Positions 11,610 through 22,075 of a stretch of 64,000 nucleotides of DNA are shown here, one piece after another; the stretch's first letter is position 1, and each line of letters begins with the position of its first letter. The notes beneath the pieces are model-generated. The model ran no database searches, was not told where the DNA came from, and was given only the letters and a program-made list of their open reading frames with translations. The position numbers and the translations under genes are program-made. The stretch comes from Lama guanicoe (lineage: Eukaryota): assembly GCA_013239625.1 (NCBI GenBank), contig MU054338.1, positions 994,001 through 1,058,000 of the forward strand, in the 5' to 3' direction.

Positions 11610-12285
11610 GAACAGGAAGCATGATGCCATCACCAGAAAGACCACAAACAGTAAATGCTGGCGAGGGTGTGGAGAAAAGGGCCGGCCCCGCCCTGCTGGT
11701 GGGGATGCAGACCGGTGCGGCCGTGGGGGAAACGGTACGGAGGTGCCTCGAAACTCGAAGAACAGGGCTAGCACATGATGCAGCAATTCCGCTCCTGGGG
11801 ATACACCCACCGAAGGCCAAGATGCCAGTTCGACAGGATAGCTGCACCCCAGGATCCATAGGAAAGACGTGGAAGAGCCTAAGTGTCCATCAGCAGATGG
11901 ATGCTTGAAGAGGACGGAGGCGAAGCTGGGGGGAGGGGCCGAGGCGGCGCAGGGGGCCGCGCCGCGCGGGGAGCAGCGCGGGCAGCCCGGGGGCGCTGCG
12001 GCGGCGGGGCNNNNNNNNNNNNNNNNNNNNNNNNNNNNNNNNNNNNNNNNNNNNNNNNNNNNNNNNNNNNNNNNNNNNNNNNNNNNNNNNNNNNNNNNNN
12101 NNNNNNNNNNNNNNNNNNNNNNNNNNNNNNNNNNNNNNNNNNNNNNNNNNNNNNNNNNNNNNNNNNNNNNNNNNNNNNNNNNNNNNNNNNNNNNNNNNNN
12201 GCGAGTCGCCCTGCTGCACACCTGGAACCTCTGCAAAGTTGTGCATCAACTATACCTCAAGTAAACAAACAAATAAAAACACGAA
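11610..12285 (+). mobile_element. L1 ORF2 end and 3' UTR, GC-shifted and spanning the N-gap
   Basis: AAAGACCACAAACAGTAAATGCTGGCGAGGGTGTGGAGAAAAGGG encodes a KCWRGCGEKG motif typical of the L1 ORF2 C-terminus. Also CAGCAATTCCGCTCCTGGG and the 3' end TGCACACCTGGAAC...TCAACTATACCTCAA. Confidence 0.85.
12011..12200. other. Assembly gap (190 N)
   Basis: Run of N, preceded by near-pure GC sequence. Confidence 0.99.
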
Positions 12286-12924
12286 AGTTTTACAAACCTG
12301 AGGTAATGGAATAAGAACTTAAAAAGTGAGGACTATGAGGCGGTCTCGCACCTCAGGGGGGCCGAGCGGTGCCCCTAGGGTCTGTGCGGCCCAGAGGCCT
12401 GCCCCTAGAAACAGGGCAAGCGTTGGGTATCATCTCAAGGAGAAGAGAGAAGAAGAGATGCGCAAGCTACGAGGTTAGGATCAAAGGACGGCTGCCAGGG
12501 CTGAGGAACAAACCATGCACGGGACAGAACCTCAGCTCCCGTCAGAAGCGGTACAGATCGGGTCACGGTGACAGAAACTCACACCATGGCGGTCACTGGT
12601 TTGATGGGTTGCTCCAGAAGGTGGAGGAAAAAAATGGGCAGAAGATCAAGGGAAAAAGAGAAAAAATAACAGAAATTTTAAAAAGCAAAGAAGAAAAGAA
12701 AAAAAGAAAAACAAGGGAAAAACAAAGGAAAAAAGAACAATATGCACATGTGTGTGCGTATAGCTGAATCACTGTGCTGCACACCAGAAACTGACATAAC
12801 ATTGTAAGTAAAAAAAAAAAAAGAACAAAACAAACAGAAAATACATAAAACAGAGCTTTGGAGGTCCCAGACAAAGCTGTATTCCACAATATGACAGAAG
12901 AAAACTTCCCTCAGATGAAGAAAC

Positions 12925-13625
12925 GGTGCTCCTTGGGATTTACCCAGGTGTGCGGAGGACTCACGTCCACGTGAAAACCTGCGCGTGAACGGTTAGAGCG
13001 GAGCTGCATTTAAAACGGCCAGAACGTGGAAACAGCCAAGCTGTCCTCCGGTAGGTGAGTGGATAAACTGCTGTGGAATCCCAGATAATGGGCTGTCACT
13101 CGGTGCTGAAAGAAACAAGCTATCAAGCCGTGAAAAGATATGGAGGATGCTTAAATGCATATGGGTAAATGAGAGAAGCCCATCTGAAAAAAAGCTACGT
13201 ATTGTATGATTTCAACTATGTGATGCTCTGAAAAAGGCAAAACTCTGGAGACGGTAAAAAGGTCCAAGATTGCCAGTGGTTGGGGGGAAGGATGGAGGAA
13301 GAGGCAGAGCATAGAGGACTTTTAGGGTGGTCAAGCAAATCTGCATGATTCTGTCATGGTGGAAACGTGATATCATGCAATTCACACCCATACCTGGAAG
13401 GTACAACCCCAGGAGTGAACCTACGGTAATCTGTGGACTTTGGGCACTGATGTACGTTCGTGGATTGTGACAAATGTTCCTGTGCGGGGTGTTGACAGTG
13501 GGGGAGCCGTGTGTGTGTGAGTGAGTGTGTGTTTGTAGGGGCCGGAATAATTTGGCATCCCGTATTTCTGCTCTATTTTGCGATCAACCTAAAACTACTC
13601 TAAAAAAGTAAAATATATTAAAAAC
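12925..13625 (+). mobile_element. L1 (L1MC/MD-like) 3' end
   Basis: GTAGGTGAGTGGATAAACTG...AAAGGCAAAACTCTGGAGACGGTAAAAAGG...AACCTAAAACTACTCTAAAAA. Confidence 0.8.
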
Positions 13626-13649
13626 AAGCAAACAGATACACAAAGAAAA

Positions 13650-14960
13650 GCAAAAGGAGGAGTAGAGCATCGCAGGCAGACGGAGGTCGGAAGGGCTGGC
13701 GGGACACAACCCCGACATCAGACAAACGTGAGCTCAGGGTAAAGAGAACAGAGGGGGCAGGAAGGCCATGGGTAGTGGTTGAGAATATAGGACCAAGGGA
13801 CACAAAATTGTCAGAAACTTCAGTGTGCCCCAGGGTCCTCGATGGCATGACTGTTACATAAAGGAGGCAGCAGCAGAAATACGCCGAAAAGCCGGCAGGT
13901 GCGCTGAGCGGCGCGGCCCCGCCGTGTGGCCCAGGGAGCTCCGCTCACGGCAGGCCGCGCCCACGACGGGGACACGTGTGAGGGAGGAGCAGCTGTGTAG
14001 CGGAGTCCCCTGGCCGTGCACGCGAAACCAGCACAACGGGGTCAATCACCTGGCCTTCAGTTAGAAACGAAAGTGGGCAGATGATTGAACCCACCTCCCC
14101 TAGAACTTGCCGACAGGAGTACACAGGAAGCGAGCCTGAGGCGGCTCAGCATGGCTTGAAGGGTGAGGCTGCGCTCACAGACACCCCGGGACAGCGGGTG
14201 GACTTCTTTCCGGGACCCACGGTTCAAAAGCCAGGTGGCCAAAGAAAACCTAACGGCTTCCTAAGGGTGGGGAAGGTGCTGGCTGTGTTCGTCAGCCACG
14301 ATGAACAGAACTGGAAATAAAGGCCAAAGGTTTCAAAAGAACTAGCTCCCGGATCAGAGGAAGCCCGGGGCGCTTGAGAAGTAATGACGCTGAAGCTCCC
14401 CTCATCAGAACAGACGGCGGCGGCACAAGCCCATTGGTAAAAGAAGGAATAGCGGATGCAAGTCATCAGCAGCTCAAGAAGACAACAGCCCCGGAGCAGA
14501 GCTAATGAAAGCAGAGGGACAGATTAATAAAGATACAAGCCGAAAGTAACGAGGCAGAAAAGGGAGACACAGCAGAGCTGATAAGTAAATCCCACAGCTG
14601 TGCCTCCGAAAAGAGAACAAAGTGAGACCCCCGAAAGTAGATAAACAGCTAGTGGGGTCGAGAGAGAGACAGGGAGAGAGAGAGAGAGAGGGAGAGACGG
14701 AGAGATGGAGAGAGAGGAGAACCGATGGCCATCAGGAGGGAGAGGCTGGGGAACGCAAGCCGGACGTTTAGATGCGCAAAGACAGAACGGTGGAGGAGTC
14801 TATGCTAACGAACCTGAAAACCAGGGTGAAATGGATGGTTCTGTAGGAGAAGCATAAACTACCCTGAGTGACCCCAAAAGCAGCAGAACACTTAAGGAAA
14901 AATATGAGAGAGCTTTGTCTTAAGATGATGCAGGAAGTCTCTACCCAAAATAATGGGCAA
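13650..14960 (+). mobile_element. Degenerate old L1 internal (ORF2-region) remnant
   Basis: Purine-rich + strand with decayed L1-like motifs (e.g. AACCTGAAAACCAGGGTGAAATGGATGGTTCTGTAG). No intact ORF. Confidence 0.45.
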
Positions 14961-15024
14961 GAGATGTTTAAGGAAACACTCGCTTCTGAATGTTGGCCGC
15001 AGCTACGCTCCCATCAACGTGACA

Positions 15025-15287
15025 GATACACACACGTGTCCCTCCACACGCGGGACATCGCTCAGCCGTGACCAGGAGAGCAGCCCTGACACCCGCTCCC
15101 ACGTGGACGGACCCTGAGAGCACGGTGCTCAGGGAGAGAAGCAGACACAGAAGGACACACAGTGTGTGAGTCCGTGGATGTGAGGCGTCCGGAACAGGCC
15201 AGTCCGCAGACACAGGGAGCAGGTTGTCAGGGGCTGGGGAGGACGGGGGATGGCTGCTGGTGGGGACGGGGTTTTCAGCTGGGGTGC
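15025..15287 (+). mobile_element. L1MB-like 3' fragment, left part (resumes ~17552-17670 after nested insertions)
   Basis: GGACGGACCCTGAGAGCACGGTGCTCAGGGAGAGAAGCAGACACAGAAGG...GGGGTTTTCAGCTGGGG. It continues at ~17552 as GAAAGTTTGGAAGCTGGAGACAGGTG...CACTAAACGCCACTGAATTG. Confidence 0.75.
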
Positions 15288-16020
15288 TGTGGTGTAGAAA
15301 TTACATATATATCTGATCTTTATCCCTGTTCCTGGCACAGAGCTCAAAAAACGTTGGAATTTCCTAAGTGATGAGACATAATGGGGTCTCTTGTTACTCA
15401 TAACAAGCCTCTTTCAACCGCATCTGAGCTTGATAGCAAGGCGACTTTAGGAAAGCCCCTAAAGGGTAGGTAGAGGCTGGTAGCCAGGGAAGCAGCCACA
15501 TGGTTAGAGGGTGGGAGACTTCAGCCCCACCCCCCAGACCTCTGAGCAGCCAATGATTTAATCGATCGTGGCCATGCAACCAGGAAGCCTCCATAAAACC
15601 CACGAAAGGACAGGGCTGAGAGAGCTTCCGGGTTGCTGAACACGTGCAGGTGCGGGGAGGGGTTGGCCAGAAGCTCTGCCCCTTCCCCCCCCCCCTGCAC
15701 CTTGCCTGCCATCCCTTCCACCTGGCTGTTCCTGAGCTGGATCCTAGTACGCAGCTTCCCTGAGTTCTGGGAGCCAATCTACCAAATTAATCAAACCTGA
15801 GGAGGGGGCCGTGGGAACCTCCGATTTGTAGCACAGGAGATAACCGGGATTTTCAGTGCATCTGGAGCCGGCCGGCCTTGTGGGGCTGGGGCTGACCTGT
15901 GGGGCCTGGTCTCCAGGCAGGTGCTGTCGCAATGGAGCCACATTTGGGACACCCAGCTGGTGTCTCAGACTTGCTTGGTGGCGGGGAGACCTCTTCACAT
16001 TTGCTGATAAGAAGTGAACT
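15288..16020 (+). mobile_element. ERV LTR (MER21-like), interrupted by an L1
   Basis: TGTGGTG start, GTTCCTGGCACAGAGCTC...TTGGAATTTCCTAAGTGAT, CCAATGATTTAATCGATCGTGGCC...GAAGCCTCCATAAAACCC, CAAATTAATCAAACCTGAGGAGGGGGCCGTGGGAACC. Confidence 0.75.
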
Positions 16021-17513
16021 ACCCTAGAGAGCCCGGGATTAAACCCACACGCCGACGGCCACGTCACCTTCAGCAAAAGGGGCAAGGACGCACAATGGAG
16101 AAAAGACAGCCCTTCGGCAGGTGGTGTTGGGGAAGCTGGGCAGCGCAGCGTAAATCGCTGAGGTTAGTTCGTCGGGGAGCTTTTGGAGGGGGGTAACTAC
16201 GCTTATTTATTTATTCTTAGAGGAGGGGCTGGGGGTTGAACCCAGGACCTCCTGCGTGCTGAGCACGCGCTCCACCACTTGAGCTACACCCTCCCCACGA
16301 AGTCAGGGAAGCTAGAACACTCCCTCTCACCACACACGAAAGCAAACTCAGAAGGGCTTAAAGACTTGAATACAAGACACAACACAATAACCCTTCTAGA
16401 AGAAAACAGAGGCAAAGTGTTATCTCACATGCATCTCAGCAGGGGCTTCCTAGGGCGGCCTGCCCAGGCGGCAGAAGTGAGGCCGCAGATCAACGAAGGG
16501 GCTTCACTAAACTTGTAAGCCTTTGCACAGCAACGGAAACCACAAAGTGAAAAGACAATCTACGCGCTGGGATAAAATATTCACAAATGATGCAGCTGAC
16601 AAGAGCTTAATTCCCAAAATGTACGAACAGCTCACACAGCTCAATAACAGAAAAACCCCAAACAACCCAATCCAAACAAATGGGCAGAAGACGTCAGTAA
16701 ACGTTTTCCCAAGAAGACATACACACGGCCAACTGGTGCACGAGGAGGTGCTCAGCATCCCTGACATCAGAGAAGTGCAAATCACAACCGCAGGGAGGCA
16801 CCGCCTCGCACCCGTAGGAACGGCCGTCGGAAAAGTCCACAAACAGCAAGGGCCGGAGAGGGCTGGAGAAAAGGAGCCCCTCTGCACTGCTGGTGGGAAC
16901 GCAGTCTGGTGCGGCCACCGTCAAAAACAGTCTGGAAGTTCCTTCAGAACTCAAAGTGGAGTCATGTGATCCAGCAATCCCACTCCTGGGCACATACCCA
17001 GAAATGAGGAAAACGCTCATTCAAAAGACACGTGCACCCCAGTGTTCACGGCAGCACTGCGTACAACAGCCAAGACGTGGGGGCTGCCTAAGGGGCCGCC
17101 AACAGATGACTGGATAGTGTGCACACAATGGAATACTACTCAGCCATAAAAAAGAATGAAATAATGCCATTTGCAGCGGCATGGATGGACCTAGAGATTA
17201 TCATACGGAGAGAAATAAGTCGGAGAAAGACAAATATATATCACTTATATGTGAAATCTAAATAAACGGACACAAATGAACTTATTTACAAAACAGACAC
17301 AGACTCACAGACGTAGGAAACAGACTTATGGTTACCAGAGGGGAGGGGTGGGAGGGATAAACTAGGAGTTTGGGATTAACAGATACAAACTACTATATGT
17401 AAAATAGATAAACAACAAGGCATAGCTATGTATGTTCAATATCCTGTAATAAACCATAGTGGAAAATAATATAAAAAAAGATACATATTACAAAATAAAA
17501 ATAAATTTAAAAA
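16021..17513 (+). mobile_element. 5'-truncated L1 (ORF2 C-terminal part, 3' UTR and A-tail) with TSD
   Basis: Decayed ORF2 peptides (WDKIFTNDAADKSLIPKMYEQLTQLN; DPAIPLLGTYP) and AATGGAATACTACTCAGCCATAAAAAAGAATGAAATAATGCCATTTGCAGC. TSD AAGAAGTGAA(C/T)T at 16009-16020 and 17514-17525. Confidence 0.92.
16168..16297 (-). mobile_element. Camelid tRNA-derived SINE inserted into the L1
   Basis: GGGGGTTGAACCCAGGACCTCCTGCGTGCTGAGCACGCGCTCCACCACTTGAGCTACACCCTCCCC, with a degenerate TSD at 16152-16167 and 16300-16315. Confidence 0.85.
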
Positions 17514-17816
17514 AAGAAGTGAATTGTTCTGTGAGTGGCGTAGGAAACTTGGGAAAGTTTGGAAGCTGGAGACAGGTGACGCTTGGACAGCATCGTGGAT
17601 GCACTAAACGCCACTGAATTGTTGCTTTACAATGGCTAATTGTGTTCTGTGAATTTCCCTTCAATTTTTTTCTTTAAATTGGGCTCAACACTGTGATCTG
17701 CATTCACTCCGGAGGTGTTAGCAGCTGCATCCCAACCAGAGACCTGAAGTCACCTTAATGACACACCACGTCTTCCCGTGTATCAGTCACCCACTGCCGC
17801 GTAACCAGTGACCCTA

Positions 17817-17892
17817 GGGGGAGCGTACAGCTCAAGAGGTAGAGCTCATGCTTAGCATGCACAAGGTCCTGAGTTCAATCCCTAGCACCTAA
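17817..17892 (+). mobile_element. Camelid tRNA-derived SINE (tail lost)
   Basis: GGGGGAGCGTACAGCTCAAGAGGTAGAGCTCATGCTTAGCATGCACAAGGTCCTGAGTTCAATCCCTAGCACCT. Confidence 0.85.
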
Positions 17893-18259
17893 CCTAGGGG
17901 GTGTCGGCCACACCAGGTACACTCTGGTCGCAGGAGTGGCATGAGGGAGGTGCGTCACCCCAGTTGTGCAGGCTGTCCCACCTGGGTCAGCTGACAGCTC
18001 TTCAGCCCCTGCTGAGACCAGCAAGTGACCGCCCTGATCACAAGAGGGATGAACACTGCCACGTGCTGCGTAACAGCCACACGGCTGTGACCTGCGGACG
18101 TGTGGTAGGTGTCCGCTACGCAGCACCTGATGAGGGGTCTGGCCTGGGCTAGACAGCGTCTCCTCAGGAGAGGCACGCACGCTGAGACTGGGGCAAGTCT
18201 AGCGAAGAACGGTGGTGATTGCTTTCACAAGGGCGGCGTGGGTCCCCAGGGACAGGCGC

Positions 18260-18428
18260 ATCCTCGAACTTCTCCCCTGCCCTCTGACCTCCTGCAAAAG
18301 CTCCGTGTCGGTCAAACCCAAGTGGAAGTCAGGGAGCAAGGGGTCTCATGGGTCAGCCTCCTGGGGCACAGAGTGTGGAGAAGGGCGGAGGGACGGTCTG
18401 GGAGGGAGGACAGCACTCACCCAGCACA
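18260..18428. mobile_element. ERVL LTR33-like fragment
   Basis: CTCTGACCTCCTGC...GGTCAAACCCAAGTGGAAGTCAGGGAGCAAGGG...GGTCAGCCTCCTGGGGCACAGAG...CCCAGCACA. Confidence 0.6.
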
Positions 18429-18739
18429 GCGCTCATCAATACAAGGATGTATGCGCTCTCCACAGGGCACGCACGCCCGCACGCACTCCCGCGCGCACGC
18501 GCGCACACACACGGGGGACCGCTGTGGAGCCACTGCCTTACGTGTGGGCGAACCTGGGAAGCTGCGCAGTCTCCGTTGCTAAGGGAGCCTGAAGCAGTGT
18601 GTGCACTAGGCTCCTTTTTGTGTGAGCTCACACATGCCCTCCTCCTGCTGTCCGGGGAGTGGGAGGAAACGTGGACTGGCGGGCAGCTCGACACAAGACA
18701 CCAGGGATCCTCGCCTGGTCCACCACGAGCCAGCCTGTG

Positions 18740-18890
18740 AGCCTGAGCGAGCCTTCATCACTCCGTGCCTCAGTTTCCACATCCGTAAAAGAGTGAACCC
18801 TCCCCATAGGGCACCTGTAAGGATTAAATGAGATACTATGAGACAAGCACCTGGACCTGCGCCTCGCATCCAGGAGACACCCGATAAGGA
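18740..18890 (+). mobile_element. MIR
   Basis: GTGCCTCAGTTTCCACATCCGTAAAA...GTAAGGATTAAATGAGATA. Confidence 0.75.
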
Positions 18891-19149
18891 TGAGTTTAAT
18901 TCTCACTGAAGACACTTCTGTATTGTCTGCATTCTTCCACGGCAAGCAGGCAAAAGGCAGTGAAATGGAGAGAAAGAAGCCCCAGGAGGAATGAAGCTTT
19001 AAACATGAGTAATGACAGCACCGATGTGCTGGGAAGACGAGAAATCATTTGAGGATAGTTGGACGTATACCCCTTGGGGGAGAGGAAGACTCTCTTAGCA
19101 AGACCCCGAAGGCAGAAAGTTTAAAGGGCAGATTGATAAATTGGGCTGT

Positions 19150-19690
19150 ATGTATAAAAAAGAATGAAATAACGCCACTTGCTGCAACATGGATGGACCT
19201 GGACACCGTCATTCTAAGTGAAGTAAGCCAGAAAGAGGAAGAAAAATACCATATAAAAATGACCCCAAAAAGAAAAAAAATCAAAAAAAGAAAAAAAATT
19301 TTTAAAAGAAAAGAGAAAAATACCGTATGATATCACTTATACGTGGAATCTAAAAAAAATTTTTAAAGGGCACAGATGAACTTATTTACACAACAGAAGC
19401 AGACTCACAGACATAGAGAACAGACTTATGGTTACCGGGGGGACAGGGGGCGAGAAGGGGTAAGTTGGAAGTTCAAGACCTGTAGATACTAACTAACAAA
19501 TATAAAATAGATAGATGACAAGTTCATCCTGTACAGCACAGGGGAGGTTCATATCTTGTGTTAACTTACAATGAACAAGAATATGAAGACAAATCTATGT
19601 GTATATAGGTGTGACTGAAACATTATGCCCTACACCAGAAACGGACACGACATTGTAAACTGACTAGACTTAAAGTTTAAAAAATTGTTT
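19150..19690 (+). mobile_element. L1 3' end with short TSD
   Basis: AAAAAGAATGAAATAACGCCACTTGCTGCAACATGGATGGACC...TACACCAGAAACGGACACGACATTGTAAACTGACTAGACTT. AATTGGGCT flanks it at 19139-19147 and 19691-19699. Confidence 0.88.
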
Positions 19691-19815
19691 AATTGGGCTA
19701 CACGAAAAATAAAAACATCAGAAGCAAAAGTAGAAAGCTGATGGCAAACCTAGAAAACCATTAAAACGTGGATCCTCAACCCTCAAAGAGATCTCATCAC
19801 AAGAAAACCATCGGA

Positions 19816-19906
19816 GGGGAGGGTGTGGCTCAGCGGCAGAGCGCGTGCTCAGCGCGCACGAGGTCCTGGGTTCAATCCCCAGTCCCTCCACTTAAAAAAC
19901 AAACAA
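19816..19906 (+). mobile_element. Camelid tRNA-derived SINE
   Basis: GGGGGAGGGTGTGGCTCAGCGGCAGAGCGCGTGCTCAGCGCGCACGAGGTCCTGGGTTCAATCCCCAGTCCCTCCA plus A-tail. Confidence 0.88.
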
Positions 19907-20299
19907 GCAGCGTAGGTGCCCCCAGTGGGAAATGGGCAAAACATCAGAACAAGCCACACAGCGGCAGCGGCACGTGGCCAAGACAGGCCAAGACAGGGTA
20001 AGACGGGGAGGAAGCAGACTGCGTGCTCCACGCTGGGGCAGCCGCACTAGGCGAGTAAGGGCGCCCGCTGCGGGGGCACACGGGGATCTCTGTGCACGGC
20101 CTTTCAGCTGGGCGATTTGGTGACAATGCTCGGAAGATGTCTTTTCAAGTGACCGTCCTTTAACTCAGGAAACCATCAGAGAAAACTGAGTACAGACGTT
20201 CATCAGAGCATCACCCTTAGCAAGAAAAAATTATCATGAAGACTGAAACGCAAGGTGGCTGATTAAATAAACTTGGATGTTTGAAAAGTCAGTCACACA

Positions 20300-20810
20300 G
20301 TCACCACAGGACTCAGCAGTTTCGTTCTTAGGTATGCGCTCTGAAGAATTTGAAACCGGCGTTCAAACAAATATGTGCACACACGCGTTCTCAGCAGAAT
20401 AACCCACAGCAGCCAACAGGTGGAAACAGGAGATGACGGATGAACACACGTGTCCCTCCCCACACGGAGCATCGCTCAGCCCTGAGCAGGAGAGCAGCCC
20501 TGGCACCCGCTCCCACGTGGACGGACCCTGAGAGCACGACGCTCAGGGAGAGAAGCAGACACAGAAGGACACACGCTGTGTGAGTCCATGGACGTGAGGC
20601 GTCCAGAACAGGCCAGTCCACGGACACAGAGAGGGGGCTCCTGGTTGCCTCAGAGATGGGGAGTGACTGCTGATGGGGATGGGGCTTCTGTTTCGGAATT
20701 TGATTGTAGAAATGGGTGCATGACTGAATATGCTAGAAACCATTGAGTTGCACACTTTAAAATGTTTAATTTTATGGTTTGTAAATTTCACCTCAATCGT
20801 AAAAAACGGA
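20300..20810 (+). mobile_element. L1MB-like 3' end
   Basis: GACTCAGCAGTTTCGTTCTTAGGTAT...AACCATTGAGTTGCACACTTTAAAATG...AAATTTCACCTCAAT. Confidence 0.82.
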
Positions 20811-21099
20811 AAAGAAAAGAGACTCAGCTATGTTTGCAAACGCAATGTGGTTATGAAAGACTGCAGAAAAGATGGATGTGGCCTAAAAGTGCTCACAGTA
20901 TTACGTCAAGTGGGAAAAAAAGATGAAAAACAGCATTTCAGTTCCCTACTTACAAAATGGAGATACTTGTATCCCCAAGGAAATCTGCATGAAAAAAGCC
21001 TGAGCTATCACAGGTCAGAACAGGAGAGGTCTAAACGCCACGTAAAGCCTGCGTGGGGCTTGGGAGCAGAAAAAGGACGTAAGGGGAAGCCTGACGAGG

Positions 21100-21270
21100 T
21101 CCAAGTCAAGCTGTAAGCTGTAACTCAGTGTTAATTTCTCAGCTGTAACAAACACACAAGGGTGACAAGACGTTTCCGTGGACGGGGTGGGGGGGCGGGG
21201 GCGGGGCTCTGCCTTCTCTTTGCCACTTTTCTGTGTGTCTAAAATTATTCCAAAATAAGAAAAAAAATTT
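21100..21270 (+). mobile_element. Old L1 extreme 3' end (L1MD/ME-like)
   Basis: CAGTGTTAATTTCTCAG...CTTTGCCACTTTTCTGTGTGTCTAAAATTATTCCAAAATAA. Confidence 0.6.
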
Positions 21271-21659
21271 TTAAAGAGCGAGAACTGCTGTTTCAGTTCT
21301 AAGGAATGAAATTACCAATGATTAAATTTTCCCCATTCTTTTCAATATTTTCTAATTATTTCTGACCCTGGTGACATATTACCTTTTTAATCAGAAAGAG
21401 CTGCTGATCTTTTAGTGCAGGTCGCAGACTATGTCTGAAGCCCTTTCTGTAAAGGTCTTTAATATTTGTGCACAATTGTTTTACACAATGTCTGCGTCTG
21501 TGTGTGAGACACCTCGAAAGATTTCTCTCTGGAACAGTGAGGTGAGTATTTTTGGTTGTGGTGGTGGATTGTCCTCATTCTACTACAGTTTTGCCACCCC
21601 AGACACACAGTGTTTGTGTAATAAAAAAAACCCAAAAACCAGGAATTATTTTTCTACCC

Positions 21660-22075
21660 ATGAACATCCCCCATGGTCTCCTGCAAATTTGCGCAATGAC
21701 CGTTCCCAACACCCGCCATAATTGATCCTTAATCAAATATTCAAATGGGTGCTTCGAGGAAAGGCACAGTGATTCGGCAATTTTGATGATAAGTAATATT
21801 TCTTTGCCCCCCTCCCCCCCAGCCCGTGGCTACCTGCCTCCCTCGTCCCCCCACCTCGCTTTCGAAGCCCAGACCCAATGCCACCCCCCCCGCCCCACTG
21901 GAGTCTTGCAAATATCTTTTGGTTTTAAGAGTTCCCCGGGGAAGCCTTGCTCTAAATGAGGTGTAAAAATCTAAGCGGCACACACAAAAAATAGCGAGAG
22001 GTTGGAATCAATGCTCTCTTCACAGCTCCATCGATTAACAACCATATTCTTCATTTATTAATTATGAAAGGGGAT
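21660..22075. promoter_or_regulatory. Candidate enhancer (non-repeat, motif-rich)
   Basis: C/EBP-type palindrome TTGCGCAA 21689-21696, ATTGAT 21721-21726, ATCAAT 22007-22012, ATCGAT 22030-22035, TTAATTA near 22058. Confidence 0.5.

Noticed and set aside
15561..15566. ATCGAT as part of the ONECUT array
   Set aside because: It lies in a MER21-like LTR at a position I recall as ATCAAT in the consensus, so it is probably a repeat-derived variant.
16279..17117. ORFs with L1 ORF2-like peptides
   Set aside because: Fragmented, frameshifted and 5'-truncated, so this is a dead L1 rather than a gene.
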